This document shows positions 9,799 to 22,624 of a stretch of DNA of 64,000 bases, in pieces. The DNA comes from an uncultured Rikenellaceae bacterium (lineage in GTDB: Bacteria; Bacteroidota; Bacteroidia; Bacteroidales; VadinHA17): positions 6,284-70,283 of the forward strand of contig CAZGGZ010000001.1 in assembly GCA_964525415.1 (NCBI GenBank), given 5' to 3'. The first letter of the stretch is position 1; every line of letters starts with the position of its first letter. The position numbers and the translations under genes were made by a program. A model generated the notes under the pieces. It saw nothing but the letters and a program-made list of their open reading frames with translations, ran no database searches and was not told the origin of the DNA.

Positions 9799-12711
9799 AT
9801 GATTCATGGGCTCAGATCAAAACCAATAGTTTTCACTGCTGCTCTTTTGCTGCTTTTCCAGACTATTCAGGCTCAATATTATAATACCGGTCAGGATCCT
9901 GCTTCTCTCAAATGGCTGCAGATAAAGACAGGGAGGTTCAATGTCATCTATCCTCAGAGTTACGGATCAGCCGGAATAGAGTTTGCACAGGCTCTCGAAA
10001 AGGCATATTCCGATCTTTCTGCATTATATCCCGAAAGGAAAATTAAAATACCTGTAATAATTCACAACTATACAACACAGTCGAACGGATATGTAGCCTG
10101 GGCTCCCAAACGAATGGAAATTTATCCTACTCCTGATCAGAATACCATCCCGCTTGATCATAAAAGGCAGCTGACCCTGCATGAGCTTACCCATGTCCTT
10201 CAGATGGAATCCCTTAATTCAGGTTTTTCAAAGGTAATGTCATATATCACAGGCCAGCAGTTTCCCGGAGCTGTTGCCGCATTTCTCCCGATGTGGTACA
10301 TGGAAGGTGAAGCTGTTTATGCTGAAACACTGCTCTCACAATCCGGAAGAGGCAGGAGCCCCGCGTTCCAGAATTCAGTAAAGGCAATAGCTGTTGAAGA
10401 AGGCGGGCTGTTCAAATATGACAAGCTGCTCAGCGGATCATACAGGGATTTTACTCCTGACTATTACCAGTACGGATACCAGATGGTTACATGGTCACTG
10501 TTGAATAATGATGCGCAGATATGGAATAAGGTTCTCAGTTTCACGGCAAATCAGCCGTTTACCATAAATCCGGTCAATATAAGCCTTAAGAGAAATGCGG
10601 GACTTACAAAAAAAGAACTTTATTATCAGACATTTGATACCCTGACGGCATTATGGAAAAAGGAACTTGAGATCAGCAGGGCTGTTGATTACAATATTAT
10701 CAGTCCGGCAAAAAAAACGAGTTATGAAGGCTATTATTCGGCCGTTCATGCAGGAACAGATTCCATTATTGCTGTAAAAACATCCATGGCCAATCCTTCA
10801 TCATTTGTGCTGATAAAGCCTTCGGAAAAAACAGAAAAGAAGATTTTTGTCCCGGGGAATTTCTACCCTTACTTTCTTTCTTTTGCGCAGGGCAAGATAG
10901 TGTGGGTTGAATCACAGTCCGATCCAAGATGGGATAACCGGAACTATTCGGTAATTAAAGTGTTTGATATAAGATCCGCTACAGCGATTCAGCTTACATT
11001 CAGATCACGGTATCTCTCAGCATCTTTATCACCGGATGGCAGGATGATAGCCGCTTCGGAGAATACTGAAAAAAATATCAACAGCCTGGCATTCATAAAT
11101 CCTGATAACGGGACTGTCGCTGAGAGTATCCCGTCTCCCGGAAATGCTTATCTGCAGCGTCCCCAATGGTCAGCTGACGGAAAAAAGGTTACTGTTATTT
11201 CTTTAACAGAAGAGGGAGAGGGAATTCTTTCTTATTCCCTGCAGGACAAAATATGGACAACGCTCATGGAAGAAGGCATGGAGGACCTTCAGGCATCTTT
11301 CCTGAGAAATGATACCTTGTTTTTTGTAAGTTCAGCCACAGGAACGGATAATGTATTTATCCTTACTCCGGAAATGAAAATGCTGACGCTTACGCGTTCA
11401 AAATTCGGAGCAACCGACCCTGATGTGGAAGGGGATAAGGTATATTTCAGCAACTACAGTTCATCGGATAATAATATCTGTTCCGTTTCCATTTCCGAGG
11501 CGGCTGAGTATAAAGAAATGAAAGACGGATCAGCATTATATCTTATTGACAGGTTTGAAAAGAAACAATCAGAGGAAAAGGATTTTCCGGTCACAGATTA
11601 TACGCCGGTGCCTTACAGAAAATGGAAGCACCTGTTTGGCGTCCACAGCTGGATGCCGGTATATGCCGATATTGAACAGGTTCAGTCCGATCCGTCATCA
11701 ATACGTCCGGGATTCACCCTGATGTCGCAAAATCAGCTGAGCACACTGAGTGCTTCAGCCGGGTATGAGTATTCCGCTGATAAGCGGCATAAGTTCCACT
11801 CACGAATTAAATGGGAAGGCTGGTATCCAGTCATTGAATCACGGCTTGATTACGGGAATGAACCGGTAATTGACTTGTTCGGAGAAACCCCGGGATGGCC
11901 TCCTTCTCCTGTAAGCTCTGGTTTAAGATTCAATAACATAGTATATATCCCCTGGGGTTTCAGCACCGGGAAATTTTCCCAGTATTTCTATCCTTTCCTG
12001 GCAATTGATTACCGGAATGATATTCTATACCTGAAGGAGACCGGCAATTATGACTACGGACAAACAGAGTTCACCGGCCGCATCTATTTCGCAAATTACC
12101 ACAGGTCGGCTTATCGCGATATTTATCCGAGGCTGGGACAGGTAATAGATGCTTCATATGAGTATGCGCCTTTTGATGATCTGGTACACGGATCGGATAT
12201 TAATTTGAAAAGCATATTCTATTTCCCCGGATTTTTCAGTAACCATGGAATAAGGATCAGGTATGAAACTGAAAACCAGAAATTTGTCAGATATCTTACT
12301 GCCAACAAGATTCATTTCCCCCGCAGTCATGATAACATCATCTCAAGGGAGCTGGATTTCCTTTCAGCAGATTATGTCGCCCCTCTGGTTTATCCCGATT
12401 TCAATATTGGTTCATTATTTTACTTGACAAGGATCCGTGCAGGTCTTTTTTATGACTATGCCAGGGGAACTGACAACTATTACCTTGCAATAAAGGATGG
12501 CAGTAAGATAGTGGATCATTTTAATGAAGGAGCAGAATCATTCAGCTCTTTTGGAATTAATCTTCTTTCGGATTTTTATCTTTTCAGGATACCCTATCCG
12601 GTATCCGCAGGAGTGGAGGCTGCCTGGAAAAGCTTCACCGGATCTCCATCATTCGAGTTCCTGTTCAATATTGATATTTACGGGATGAATATCGGGAAAC
12701 CGAAACGGTAA
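9799..12711 (+). CDS. Secreted 970-aa protein with HExxH (peptidase-MA-like) N-domain and TolB/PD40-type propeller repeats
   Basis: Signal peptide MIHGLRSKPIVFTAALLLLFQTIQAQ, HExxH motif in LTLHELTHVLQME, and PD40-like SLSPDGRMIAASE and WSADGKKVTVIS. The C-terminal third is rich in aromatic/Gly beta-strand patterns. Confidence 0.75.
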   Translation: MIHGLRSKPIVFTAALLLLFQTIQAQYYNTGQDPASLKWLQIKTGRFNVIYPQSYGSAGIEFAQALEKAYSDLSALYPERKIKIPVIIHNYTTQSNGYVAWAPKRMEIYPTPDQNTIPLDHKRQLTLHELTHVLQMESLNSGFSKVMSYITGQQFPGAVAAFLPMWYMEGEAVYAETLLSQSGRGRSPAFQNSVKAIAVEEGGLFKYDKLLSGSYRDFTPDYYQYGYQMVTWSLLNNDAQIWNKVLSFTANQPFTINPVNISLKRNAGLTKKELYYQTFDTLTALWKKELEISRAVDYNIISPAKKTSYEGYYSAVHAGTDSIIAVKTSMANPSSFVLIKPSEKTEKKIFVPGNFYPYFLSFAQGKIVWVESQSDPRWDNRNYSVIKVFDIRSATAIQLTFRSRYLSASLSPDGRMIAASENTEKNINSLAFINPDNGTVAESIPSPGNAYLQRPQWSADGKKVTVISLTEEGEGILSYSLQDKIWTTLMEEGMEDLQASFLRNDTLFFVSSATGTDNVFILTPEMKMLTLTRSKFGATDPDVEGDKVYFSNYSSSDNNICSVSISEAAEYKEMKDGSALYLIDRFEKKQSEEKDFPVTDYTPVPYRKWKHLFGVHSWMPVYADIEQVQSDPSSIRPGFTLMSQNQLSTLSASAGYEYSADKRHKFHSRIKWEGWYPVIESRLDYGNEPVIDLFGETPGWPPSPVSSGLRFNNIVYIPWGFSTGKFSQYFYPFLAIDYRNDILYLKETGNYDYGQTEFTGRIYFANYHRSAYRDIYPRLGQVIDASYEYAPFDDLVHGSDINLKSIFYFPGFFSNHGIRIRYETENQKFVRYLTANKIHFPRSHDNIISRELDFLSADYVAPLVYPDFNIGSLFYLTRIRAGLFYDYARGTDNYYLAIKDGSKIVDHFNEGAESFSSFGINLLSDFYLFRIPYPVSAGVEAAWKSFTGSPSFEFLFNIDIYGMNIGKPKR

Positions 12712-14130
12712 TCATACTTTCATCTCCCGGGCTTTCGTTTTTATCAGAGCCCATGCTCTTCCCACATGATCAAGAGTGACATTGGTCTGCCCGGTCACCA
12801 TCCTGAGAGTGTATTTTCCGTTAAGTGTCGTGTGGGTCAAATATATTTTCCCGGTATCATTCAGAATGTGGTTGAGCATCTCGTTCATGTCATTCAGCTT
12901 GTCGGCGGAAGCTCCGGATGGATGATACCTGAAGCAGACGACATTCAGCGAAACCGGAGCAAGCAATTCAAAATCGGGTTCTGCTGAGATCAATTCCTTA
13001 AGTCCGGAAGCCAGGCTGATATGATATCTGATCTTCGACTGCAATCCATCAGCTCCGTACGATCTTATAACACTCCAGAGCTTGAGAGCCCTGAATCTGC
13101 GTCCAAGCGGAATACCCCAGTCCCTGTAATCATTTACCTGTCCCCTGGTTTTTGTCTTAAGGTACTCAGGGAGTATTTCAAATGTTCTTAAAAGCGATGC
13201 AGTATCTCTTGTGAAAAAGGCTGAACAGTCGAAATTGGTGAACATCCACTTATGCGGATTGAATACAAAACTGTCGATATATTCCTTCCCGTCCAGCATC
13301 CATTGAAATTCAGGCAGAATAAGGGCTGTACCGCCCATTGCGGCATCAACATGGAGCCATATGCCGTTTTCCCGGCAGATCTCTCCTATTGCCCTTAAAG
13401 GGTCAACAGAGGCAGTTCCTGTTGTCCCGATGGTGGCAATGACACTGCATGGTTTGAAGCCTTTTTTCAAATCGTCATTTATTGCCGATCTGAGTTTTTC
13501 AGCATCCATTGAAAAATCGCTGCTGACAGAGATCTTAACCAGGTTCTTCCTGCCTATTCCTGCTATTTTAACCGCTTTTTCAACCGAGGAATGGGTTTGT
13601 TCTGAGCAATAAATCCTTAAAATGGGTTTATGATGAAATCCTTCCTCATTAACTGTAAATCCCGTGCTCCTTTCTCTTGCGGTAAGGATGGCTGCAAGAG
13701 TTGCGGTTGATGCTGTATCCTGTATAACGCCTTCAAAGTCAGCAGGCAGACCGATCATATCGCGGAGCCAGATCATCATTTTTTCCTCCAGCTCGGCAGC
13801 TGCAGGTGATGTTTCCCACATCATGCACTGGGCAGCCAGTGTTGACGTCAGCATCTCAGCCAGAATTGACGGGGGGCTTGTGTTTGCAGGGAAATAGGCG
13901 AAGAAATTCGGACTCTGCCAGTGTGTGATACCGGGCATTATGATCTCTTCAAAATCATTCATCAGGGCGCTGAAGGATTCAGGATCTGATGGCGGCGCAT
14001 CAGGAATCTGTCTGAAGATCTCTCCCGGCTTTACAGCTGATTTTACCGGGTAACTCTCAACATTTTCCATGTAGCGGGCCATCCATTCGACCAGCTCATG
14101 GGCATGTTTCCGGAATTCATCGGGAGTCAT
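12712..14130 (-). CDS. Pyridoxal-dependent aromatic-L-amino-acid decarboxylase (group II, DDC/TDC-like)
   Basis: 472 aa with HWQSPNFFAYFP, the PLP-lysine motif FNPHKWMF, and DAAMGG. Confidence 0.9.
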   Translation of the reverse strand: MTPDEFRKHAHELVEWMARYMENVESYPVKSAVKPGEIFRQIPDAPPSDPESFSALMNDFEEIIMPGITHWQSPNFFAYFPANTSPPSILAEMLTSTLAAQCMMWETSPAAAELEEKMMIWLRDMIGLPADFEGVIQDTASTATLAAILTARERSTGFTVNEEGFHHKPILRIYCSEQTHSSVEKAVKIAGIGRKNLVKISVSSDFSMDAEKLRSAINDDLKKGFKPCSVIATIGTTGTASVDPLRAIGEICRENGIWLHVDAAMGGTALILPEFQWMLDGKEYIDSFVFNPHKWMFTNFDCSAFFTRDTASLLRTFEILPEYLKTKTRGQVNDYRDWGIPLGRRFRALKLWSVIRSYGADGLQSKIRYHISLASGLKELISAEPDFELLAPVSLNVVCFRYHPSGASADKLNDMNEMLNHILNDTGKIYLTHTTLNGKYTLRMVTGQTNVTLDHVGRAWALIKTKAREMKV

Positions 14131-14140
14131 TCTGTATGGA

Positions 14141-14386
14141 TTATTTTACCGATTCGGCAAGCAGAATGATCTTGTTCATTTTTACCTCAATCACTCCCCC
14201 GTCAATCTCGTATCTTTTCTCATTATTGTCCTGATCGACCATTATGACGGTACCGTTATCCAGTGTTGAAATGATAGGGGCATGGTCCTTCAGGACCTGG
14301 AACGATCCCTTTTTTCCGGGGACCCTTATTGATTTTATATCCCCCTCATACACTTTTTTGTCGGGAGTGATGATCTCTATCTTCAT
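14141..14386 (-). CDS. atpC: F1 ATP synthase epsilon subunit (short form, no C-terminal helical hairpin)
   Basis: 81 aa, MKIEIITPDKKVYEGDIKSIRVPGKKGSFQVLKDHAPIIS, immediately after atpD. Confidence 0.9.
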   Translation of the reverse strand: MKIEIITPDKKVYEGDIKSIRVPGKKGSFQVLKDHAPIISTLDNGTVIMVDQDNNEKRYEIDGGVIEVKMNKIILLAESVK

Positions 14387-14395
14387 CAGGTATTC

Positions 14396-15913
<1,518 letters not shown>

Positions 15914-15938
15914 TTATTTTGTCGTCGTTCAGATAATA

Positions 15939-15946
15939 CAAATTTA
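15939..15946 (-). promoter_or_regulatory. -7 box (TAAATTTG on the minus strand) for atpDC
   Basis: Exact TAnnTTTG about 35 nt upstream of the atpD ATG, with an upstream TTTG. Confidence 0.35.
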
Positions 15947-16063
15947 ATAAAATTTGCAAAAGATATGTTTTTACAGTCTTATTTTAAACTTATTATTGAC
16001 TGATATACAAGAAAAATCTATCTTTAAACAGTAATGATAATACTAATCCTTAAAAGAAACCTT

Positions 16064-16639
16064 ATGAAAAAGATTTTATTCGCTTTAATGGTTATTATAA
16101 TTACGCTGCCTGCAGTGAGCGGACAGTTTACTAAAATAGGGGGCGGAACCGGATTCACAAGCGGTTACTATTTCCATGAAACGGAGAATGATTACAACAA
16201 AAGCGGACATTTTTTTGCTTCTCTTAAAGGCATCTATGAGATAACCGTACCAATACATGTTTCACCTTCGGTTACTTTTTTCATTCCCCACGTATACAAG
16301 GCATTTGACTCAAAATATACTGTCAACACACTCATGTTTGATATAAACGGACACTATGTCTTCAACTCACTTGACAAATTCGAATTTTACGGACTCGCAG
16401 GACTTGATGTGATACTGGCATGGAAAAGGGAAAAGTATCTGGATGAGGTTTTTCCGGAGAGTGATAATGCACTGGGGCTGAACCTTGGGCTCGGTTCGTA
16501 TATGAAAATGACAGAACAGTTCGATATTTACGTGGAAGCCAAATATATCCTTAGCAAATACGGACAGTTTATGCTGAATGCCGGCGTGCTGATAAATATT
16601 GACTGGCTGAAAAAACATGAAGATACCGGAGGTCTCTGA
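16064..16639 (+). CDS. Small outer-membrane beta-barrel protein (OmpW/OMP_b-brl-like)
   Basis: MKKILFALMVIIITLPAVSGQ signal peptide, alternating aromatic beta-strand pattern, about 190 aa. The start was moved to ATG 16064. Confidence 0.65.
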   Translation: MKKILFALMVIIITLPAVSGQFTKIGGGTGFTSGYYFHETENDYNKSGHFFASLKGIYEITVPIHVSPSVTFFIPHVYKAFDSKYTVNTLMFDINGHYVFNSLDKFEFYGLAGLDVILAWKREKYLDEVFPESDNALGLNLGLGSYMKMTEQFDIYVEAKYILSKYGQFMLNAGVLINIDWLKKHEDTGGL

Positions 16640-16647
16640 CCTACCGG
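16626..16647. terminator. Hairpin spanning both stop codons of a convergent gene pair (candidate bidirectional terminator)
   Basis: CCGGAGGTC-TCT-GACCT(A)CCGG forms a 9-bp stem with one bulge. It covers TGA 16637..16639 (+) and the minus-strand stop at 16641..16643. Confidence 0.35.
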
Positions 16648-17615
16648 TCGCGCCCTATAAGAGAGCTGGCAATATTTTCCAGCTCTTTTTTTCTCTTCCC
16701 GTCAACACCGACCTTGTCAAGCAGCCCGAAAGCCCTGTCAATATATTCATTAGCCAGTGCTTCAGTTGTCTCCTTTATGTTAAGCTGATCGTAAATACTG
16801 ACGATCATTTTCACTTTTTCTTCCGGATCGGGATCTTTCAGGGATAATTGTTCCTGAAGCTGCTTAAGCTGGTTCCCTGTCGCCATTTCCATAGCTTTTA
16901 TCAGGGGGAATGTCTTTTTGTTTGCAACAATATCACCTCCCGGTGCTTTGCCGAAAACCTTTGTATTTCCCCATATATCAAGCATATCATCCTGGATCTG
17001 AAATGCAAGTCCCAGGTTCCTTCCAAATTCGTAAAGAAGGTCTGCATTCCTGTCATCCCCTCCTCCTATCAGTGTTCCGGTTTTCAGTGATGCGGCTATA
17101 AGCACTGCTGTTTTCAGTTCTATCATTCGCAGATATTCGTCATGGGTGACGACAGCGGCTTTTTCATAATCCATATCCAGCTGCTGCCCCGTGCACACCT
17201 CTATTGCAGCCTTGTTGAACACCCTGAAGACCCTGAGGAGATTATCCGCTGGTGTTTGCAGGAAGCATTCGTTGGCAATGAAGGCCATGACATCTCCGGA
17301 TAGAATGGCCTGGTTTATATCCCATTTGCTATGAACAGTCGGAAGACTTCGACGGACTGAAGCATGATCCATTATATCATCGTGGACAAGCGTAAAATTA
17401 TGGAAGATCTCAAGTCCTGTCGCAGGCAGAACGGCATCATCAATCTTGTCGCTGAAAAGGTTGCAGGCCATTAAAGCCATTACAGGCCGCAGCCGCTTGC
17501 CTCCTATTGAAAGGATGTATTTTACAGGTTCAACCAGCTTTATTGCTTCAGCGTTATACGAAAGATTCAATAAAGACCTGTCAATAATCTCTTTTAGCTC
17601 GGAATGATTGTACAT
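16641..17615 (-). CDS. Polyprenyl (isoprenyl) diphosphate synthase family protein
   Basis: 324 aa with FARM LVHDDIMD and SARM IQDDMLD. Its start is 7 nt after the atpG stop. Confidence 0.9.
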   Translation of the reverse strand: MYNHSELKEIIDRSLLNLSYNAEAIKLVEPVKYILSIGGKRLRPVMALMACNLFSDKIDDAVLPATGLEIFHNFTLVHDDIMDHASVRRSLPTVHSKWDINQAILSGDVMAFIANECFLQTPADNLLRVFRVFNKAAIEVCTGQQLDMDYEKAAVVTHDEYLRMIELKTAVLIAASLKTGTLIGGGDDRNADLLYEFGRNLGLAFQIQDDMLDIWGNTKVFGKAPGGDIVANKKTFPLIKAMEMATGNQLKQLQEQLSLKDPDPEEKVKMIVSIYDQLNIKETTEALANEYIDRAFGLLDKVGVDGKRKKELENIASSLIGRDR

Positions 17616-17622
17616 AGTTAGA

Positions 17623-18507
17623 TCAGCCTTTCAGGGCTTCAGCTCCGCTTACCACTTCAAGGATCTGGTTTGTAATTGCAGCCTGACGTGCTTTGTTGTA
17701 CTGAAGCGTCAGGTCCTTTATCATCTGGGTGGCGTTATCAGTAGCCTTATGCATTGCAGTCATCCTGGCTCCGTGCTCTGCCACAAAGGAATCGAGCACT
17801 GCCTTGTAAAACTGTATTTTCAGAGATTTGGGTATAAGTTCCCTGACTATCTCCTCTTCTGTCGGTTCATAGATATAATCTACCGGTGCTGCATGCTTTT
17901 TCCCGGTGGAAATGGATTCAAGCGGGAGGAATTGTTCATCTGTGATTATCTGAACTGCGGCATTCTTGAAATGATTATAAATAATCTCCACCCTGTCATA
18001 TTCTCCCTTTACAAAGCTTTTCATTATCTCACCGGCAACGACTGCTACATTGTCAAATGCAAGATCATTAAGCAGGGCATTCCGTTCAGGAAGCATCTTC
18101 AGCTTCTGCTTTCTTATATAGTCATTGCCTTTTCTGCCTATGGTGAGAAATGTCACGTTCCCATTATTGAACTGGTCAAGATACTTTTCAGAGACCACCT
18201 TTCTGGCTTCTTTGATGACATTTGCATTAAAGGCACCGCAGAGACCTCTGTTTGAGGTAATTACAACCATAAGGATCTTTTCGGGCTGAGAGATACGTGC
18301 ATAGATATTCTCAATCTCCCTTTCAGCAAAGCTCTGGGTCAGTCCGGCAAGAATCTCCTGAAGCTTGTTCACATAAGGACGCAGCCGCACTATTTTATCC
18401 TGTGCTTTTCTCAGCTTGGCTGCTGAAACCATCTTCATCGCCGAAGTGATCTGCTTTGTCGATTTAACCGAGCCGATCCGTATTCTTATCGCCTTTAAGT
18501 TTGCCAT
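17623..18507 (-). CDS. atpG: F1 ATP synthase gamma subunit
   Basis: 294 aa, MANLKAIRIRIGSVKSTKQITSAMKMVSAAKLRKAQ ... ITNQILEVVSGAEAL. Confidence 0.95.
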   Translation of the reverse strand: MANLKAIRIRIGSVKSTKQITSAMKMVSAAKLRKAQDKIVRLRPYVNKLQEILAGLTQSFAEREIENIYARISQPEKILMVVITSNRGLCGAFNANVIKEARKVVSEKYLDQFNNGNVTFLTIGRKGNDYIRKQKLKMLPERNALLNDLAFDNVAVVAGEIMKSFVKGEYDRVEIIYNHFKNAAVQIITDEQFLPLESISTGKKHAAPVDYIYEPTEEEIVRELIPKSLKIQFYKAVLDSFVAEHGARMTAMHKATDNATQMIKDLTLQYNKARQAAITNQILEVVSGAEALKG

Positions 18508-18543
18508 CTGTAACTCAATAAGTCAGCTGCTCCTCCTTTATCA

Positions 18544-20124
18544 CTAAGGCTTGAATTTAGCTGCCAGTTCTGAAGCAACCTTTTCAAGTACTTTTGTAAT
18601 ATCATTGTTCAATATGCCGTCGCGGAGATTATCAAGAACATCCCGGTGCTTCAGATCCAGGTATTCTATATATTCATTTTCGAAGCTTTTCACTTTATCC
18701 ACGGGTACATCCCTGAGCAATCCCATGGTTCCGCAATAAATAATTGCAATTTGTTTTTCAACAGGTACGGGTGCATATTGTCCCTGTTTCAGTATTTCCA
18801 CATTTTTCGCTCCTTTGTTGAGAACGGCCAGTGTTGTGGCATCGAGATCGGATCCGAACTTAGAAAATGCTTCAAGTTCACGGTATTGTGCCTGGTCAAC
18901 TTTCAGTGTTCCGGCAATTTTTTTCATCGACTTGATCTGGGCATTTCCTCCTACCCTGGATACTGAGATACCTACATTGATTGCAGGTCGTACACCTGCA
19001 TTGAAAAGGCCTGATTCAAGGAATATCTGTCCATCGGTAATCGAGATCACGTTTGTAGGGATATAGGCAGAAACGTCGCCTGCCTGGGTTTCAATGATCG
19101 GCAGGGCTGTCAGTGATCCTCCTCCTTTTACCATATGTCTGATTGATTCCGGGATGTCGTTCATCTGTCTGGCCACTTCATCTGATTCTATGATCTTGGC
19201 GGCTCTTTCAAGGAGACGCGAGTGAAGATAGAAAACATCACCGGGATAAGCTTCGCGTCCCGGCGGACGGCGGAGCAGCAGCGATACCTCCCTGTAGGAT
19301 ACTGCCTGTTTTGAGAGGTCATCATAAATTATGAGAGCATCGCGTCCGGTGTCGCGGAAGAATTCGCCGATTGCAGCGCCGGCAAAAGGAGCATAGAACT
19401 GTGAAGCCGCCGGATCTGATGCTGTTGCCAGAACAATTACCGAATATTCCATAGCACCATGTTCTTCAAGCGTCTTTGCAATATTTGCCACAGTAGAACC
19501 TTTCTGCCCTACTGCAACATAGATGCAATATACTGGCTTCCCCTTTTCAAAGTTGCTGCGCTGGTTTATGATGGTATCAATTGCGATCGCAGTCTTTCCT
19601 GTCTGCCTGTCGCCGATTATCAGCTCTCTTTGTCCGCGGCCTATCGGGATCATGGCATCAATCGATTTGATCCCGGTTTGCAGAGGCTGTTTTACCGGCT
19701 GGCGGAAAATTACACCCGGCGCTTTTCTTTCAAACGGCAAATTATATAATTTCCCTCCGATAGGACCTTTCCCGTCAAGAGGCTGTCCTGTGGGAGATAC
19801 AACCCTTCCAAGCAATCCGTCACCGACCCCGATAGAAGCAATACGCCCTGTTCGTTTGACAATATCCCCTTCATTGATCTCTTCTGTCGGACCAAGTAAC
19901 ACAGCGCCTACATTATCTTCCTCAAGATTCAGCACTATTGCTTCAATCCCGTTCTCAAACTCTAACAGTTCGTTTGACTGTGCATTGGTAAGACCATAAA
20001 TACGGGCTATACCGTCGCCAACCGTAAGGACAGTCCCGATCTCTTCCAGTTCTGTTCCGATTTGTATCCCCTCCAGTTGCTGCTGGAGGATTTTTGAAAC
20101 TTCTGCGGGTTTAATACTTGCCAT
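18544..20124 (-). CDS. atpA: F1 ATP synthase alpha subunit
   Basis: 526 aa with Walker A GDRQTGKT and [42 protein letters not shown]. Confidence 0.97.
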   Translation of the reverse strand: MASIKPAEVSKILQQQLEGIQIGTELEEIGTVLTVGDGIARIYGLTNAQSNELLEFENGIEAIVLNLEEDNVGAVLLGPTEEINEGDIVKRTGRIASIGVGDGLLGRVVSPTGQPLDGKGPIGGKLYNLPFERKAPGVIFRQPVKQPLQTGIKSIDAMIPIGRGQRELIIGDRQTGKTAIAIDTIINQRSNFEKGKPVYCIYVAVGQKGSTVANIAKTLEEHGAMEYSVIVLATASDPAASQFYAPFAGAAIGEFFRDTGRDALIIYDDLSKQAVSYREVSLLLRRPPGREAYPGDVFYLHSRLLERAAKIIESDEVARQMNDIPESIRHMVKGGGSLTALPIIETQAGDVSAYIPTNVISITDGQIFLESGLFNAGVRPAINVGISVSRVGGNAQIKSMKKIAGTLKVDQAQYRELEAFSKFGSDLDATTLAVLNKGAKNVEILKQGQYAPVPVEKQIAIIYCGTMGLLRDVPVDKVKSFENEYIEYLDLKHRDVLDNLRDGILNNDITKVLEKVASELAAKFKP

Positions 20125-20158
20125 ATCGTTTTCTCTTATAATACAATTTGTTTGTTTT

Positions 20159-20707
20159 TCAGGATGTCAGCGTTGTGCTTTTCAGCTCTTTTCCTATTTT
20201 CCGTAGTTTGTTCCTGACACTCGCATCAATTAATCTGTCATCAATTCTCAGGATGAACCCCCCGATAATATCCTTGTCTATCACTTCCTTCAGCTCGACT
20301 TTTGTTTTGAATGCTGAAGAAACAAGCCCGGATATCTGCTTTTTAGTCTTATCATTAACCTTTACTGCCGTTGTAAGTACAGTTTCAGTTATGCCGTTAT
20401 ATTTCATTGTATTGGACATGAAGACCCTGGCAATTGCAGGAAGATAGCTTTCCCTGCCATTCGTTATCACCATGTCAATAAGCGAATAAGTGAGGCTGCA
20501 GAGTTCTTTCCCGAACACTGCATGAAGTATTTTGGTCTTTTTTGAAGGCACAATTACGGGACTGTGAAGCAGCTCCCTGACTTCCGCAACAGCACATACC
20601 TGTCTCACATAGTCCATATCCTCGAAAACCCTTTCAAGCATCTTCTTTTCAAGAGCTGACTGGAATAGTGCCCGTGAGTATCTTACAGATATTTTGCTGT
20701 CGTTCAT
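20159..20707 (-). CDS. atpH: F1 ATP synthase delta (OSCP) subunit
   Basis: 182 aa. Its position between atpF and atpA and the [12 protein letters not shown] start are typical of OSCP. Confidence 0.85.
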   Translation of the reverse strand: MNDSKISVRYSRALFQSALEKKMLERVFEDMDYVRQVCAVAEVRELLHSPVIVPSKKTKILHAVFGKELCSLTYSLIDMVITNGRESYLPAIARVFMSNTMKYNGITETVLTTAVKVNDKTKKQISGLVSSAFKTKVELKEVIDKDIIGGFILRIDDRLIDASVRNKLRKIGKELKSTTLTS

Positions 20708-20722
20708 CCGCGATCCAGATTG

Positions 20723-21265
20723 TTAGTTTTTCTTTAAGTCAATATCTTTAAGATACTTGTCAATCAGCTTTTCCTGTTCTTCTGTTTTGCTAAGTTTTTC
20801 TCCAAGCAGTTTCGAGGCTATCTCAACAGAAAGAGAAGCAACCTGTTCATGTATTTCCGAAAGAGCCTTGTCTTTCTCCCTTTCAATTCCTGTCATGGCT
20901 TTTTCGACTATTTTTTCGGCTTCTTCAGTCGCTTTTCCCTTGGCTTCGGCTATAAGCTTATCACGAACGTCCCTTGCTTCCTTAAGGATTGTTTCGCGTT
21001 CTTCCCTGGCTTTTCTCAGGATTGCCTCGTTATCGGCCTGAAGTTTCTGCATCTCTTTCCGGGCGCTTTCCGCGGATTCGAGAGATCCCTTTATCATCTC
21101 TTCTCTCTGTTTTATCATGGAAAGGATTGGTTTCCATGCAAACTTTGCCAGGAGGAAGAAAAAGAGCGAGAAGATCAGGACTGACCAGAATAGTGTACCT
21201 ACTCCAACTGAAGTCAGACTGTTACCTGCTAATAATATCATAGTTCCTGAATTAAGAATTTTCAT
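20723..21265 (-). CDS. atpF: Fo ATP synthase subunit b
   Basis: N-terminal TM helix (LFWSVLIFSLFFFLLAKFAWKPI) followed by a long charged helix. Confidence 0.85.
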   Translation of the reverse strand: MKILNSGTMILLAGNSLTSVGVGTLFWSVLIFSLFFFLLAKFAWKPILSMIKQREEMIKGSLESAESARKEMQKLQADNEAILRKAREERETILKEARDVRDKLIAEAKGKATEEAEKIVEKAMTGIEREKDKALSEIHEQVASLSVEIASKLLGEKLSKTEEQEKLIDKYLKDIDLKKN

Positions 21266-21270
21266 TTAAA

Positions 21271-21299
21271 AGATCCTGCAATCAACCATTGCAGGATCT
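21271..21299 (-). promoter_or_regulatory. Perfect 12-bp stem-loop between atpE and atpF
   Basis: AGATCCTGCAAT-CAACC-ATTGCAGGATCT. It sits 5 nt after the atpE stop and 5 nt before the atpF ATG. Confidence 0.55.
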
Positions 21300-21304
21300 C
21301 ATTT

Positions 21305-22616
<1,312 letters not shown>

Positions 22617-22624
22617 ATCTGTAA

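Noticed and set aside
9141-9884. 247-aa plus-strand ORF antisense to the 5' part of the DUF2723 gene, running into the next gene
   Set aside because: It lies entirely opposite a strongly supported membrane-protein CDS. Its translation is low-complexity (S/A/I-rich) with no motifs, it crosses the divergent promoter region, and it overlaps the 9799 gene out of frame. This is a typical shadow ORF.
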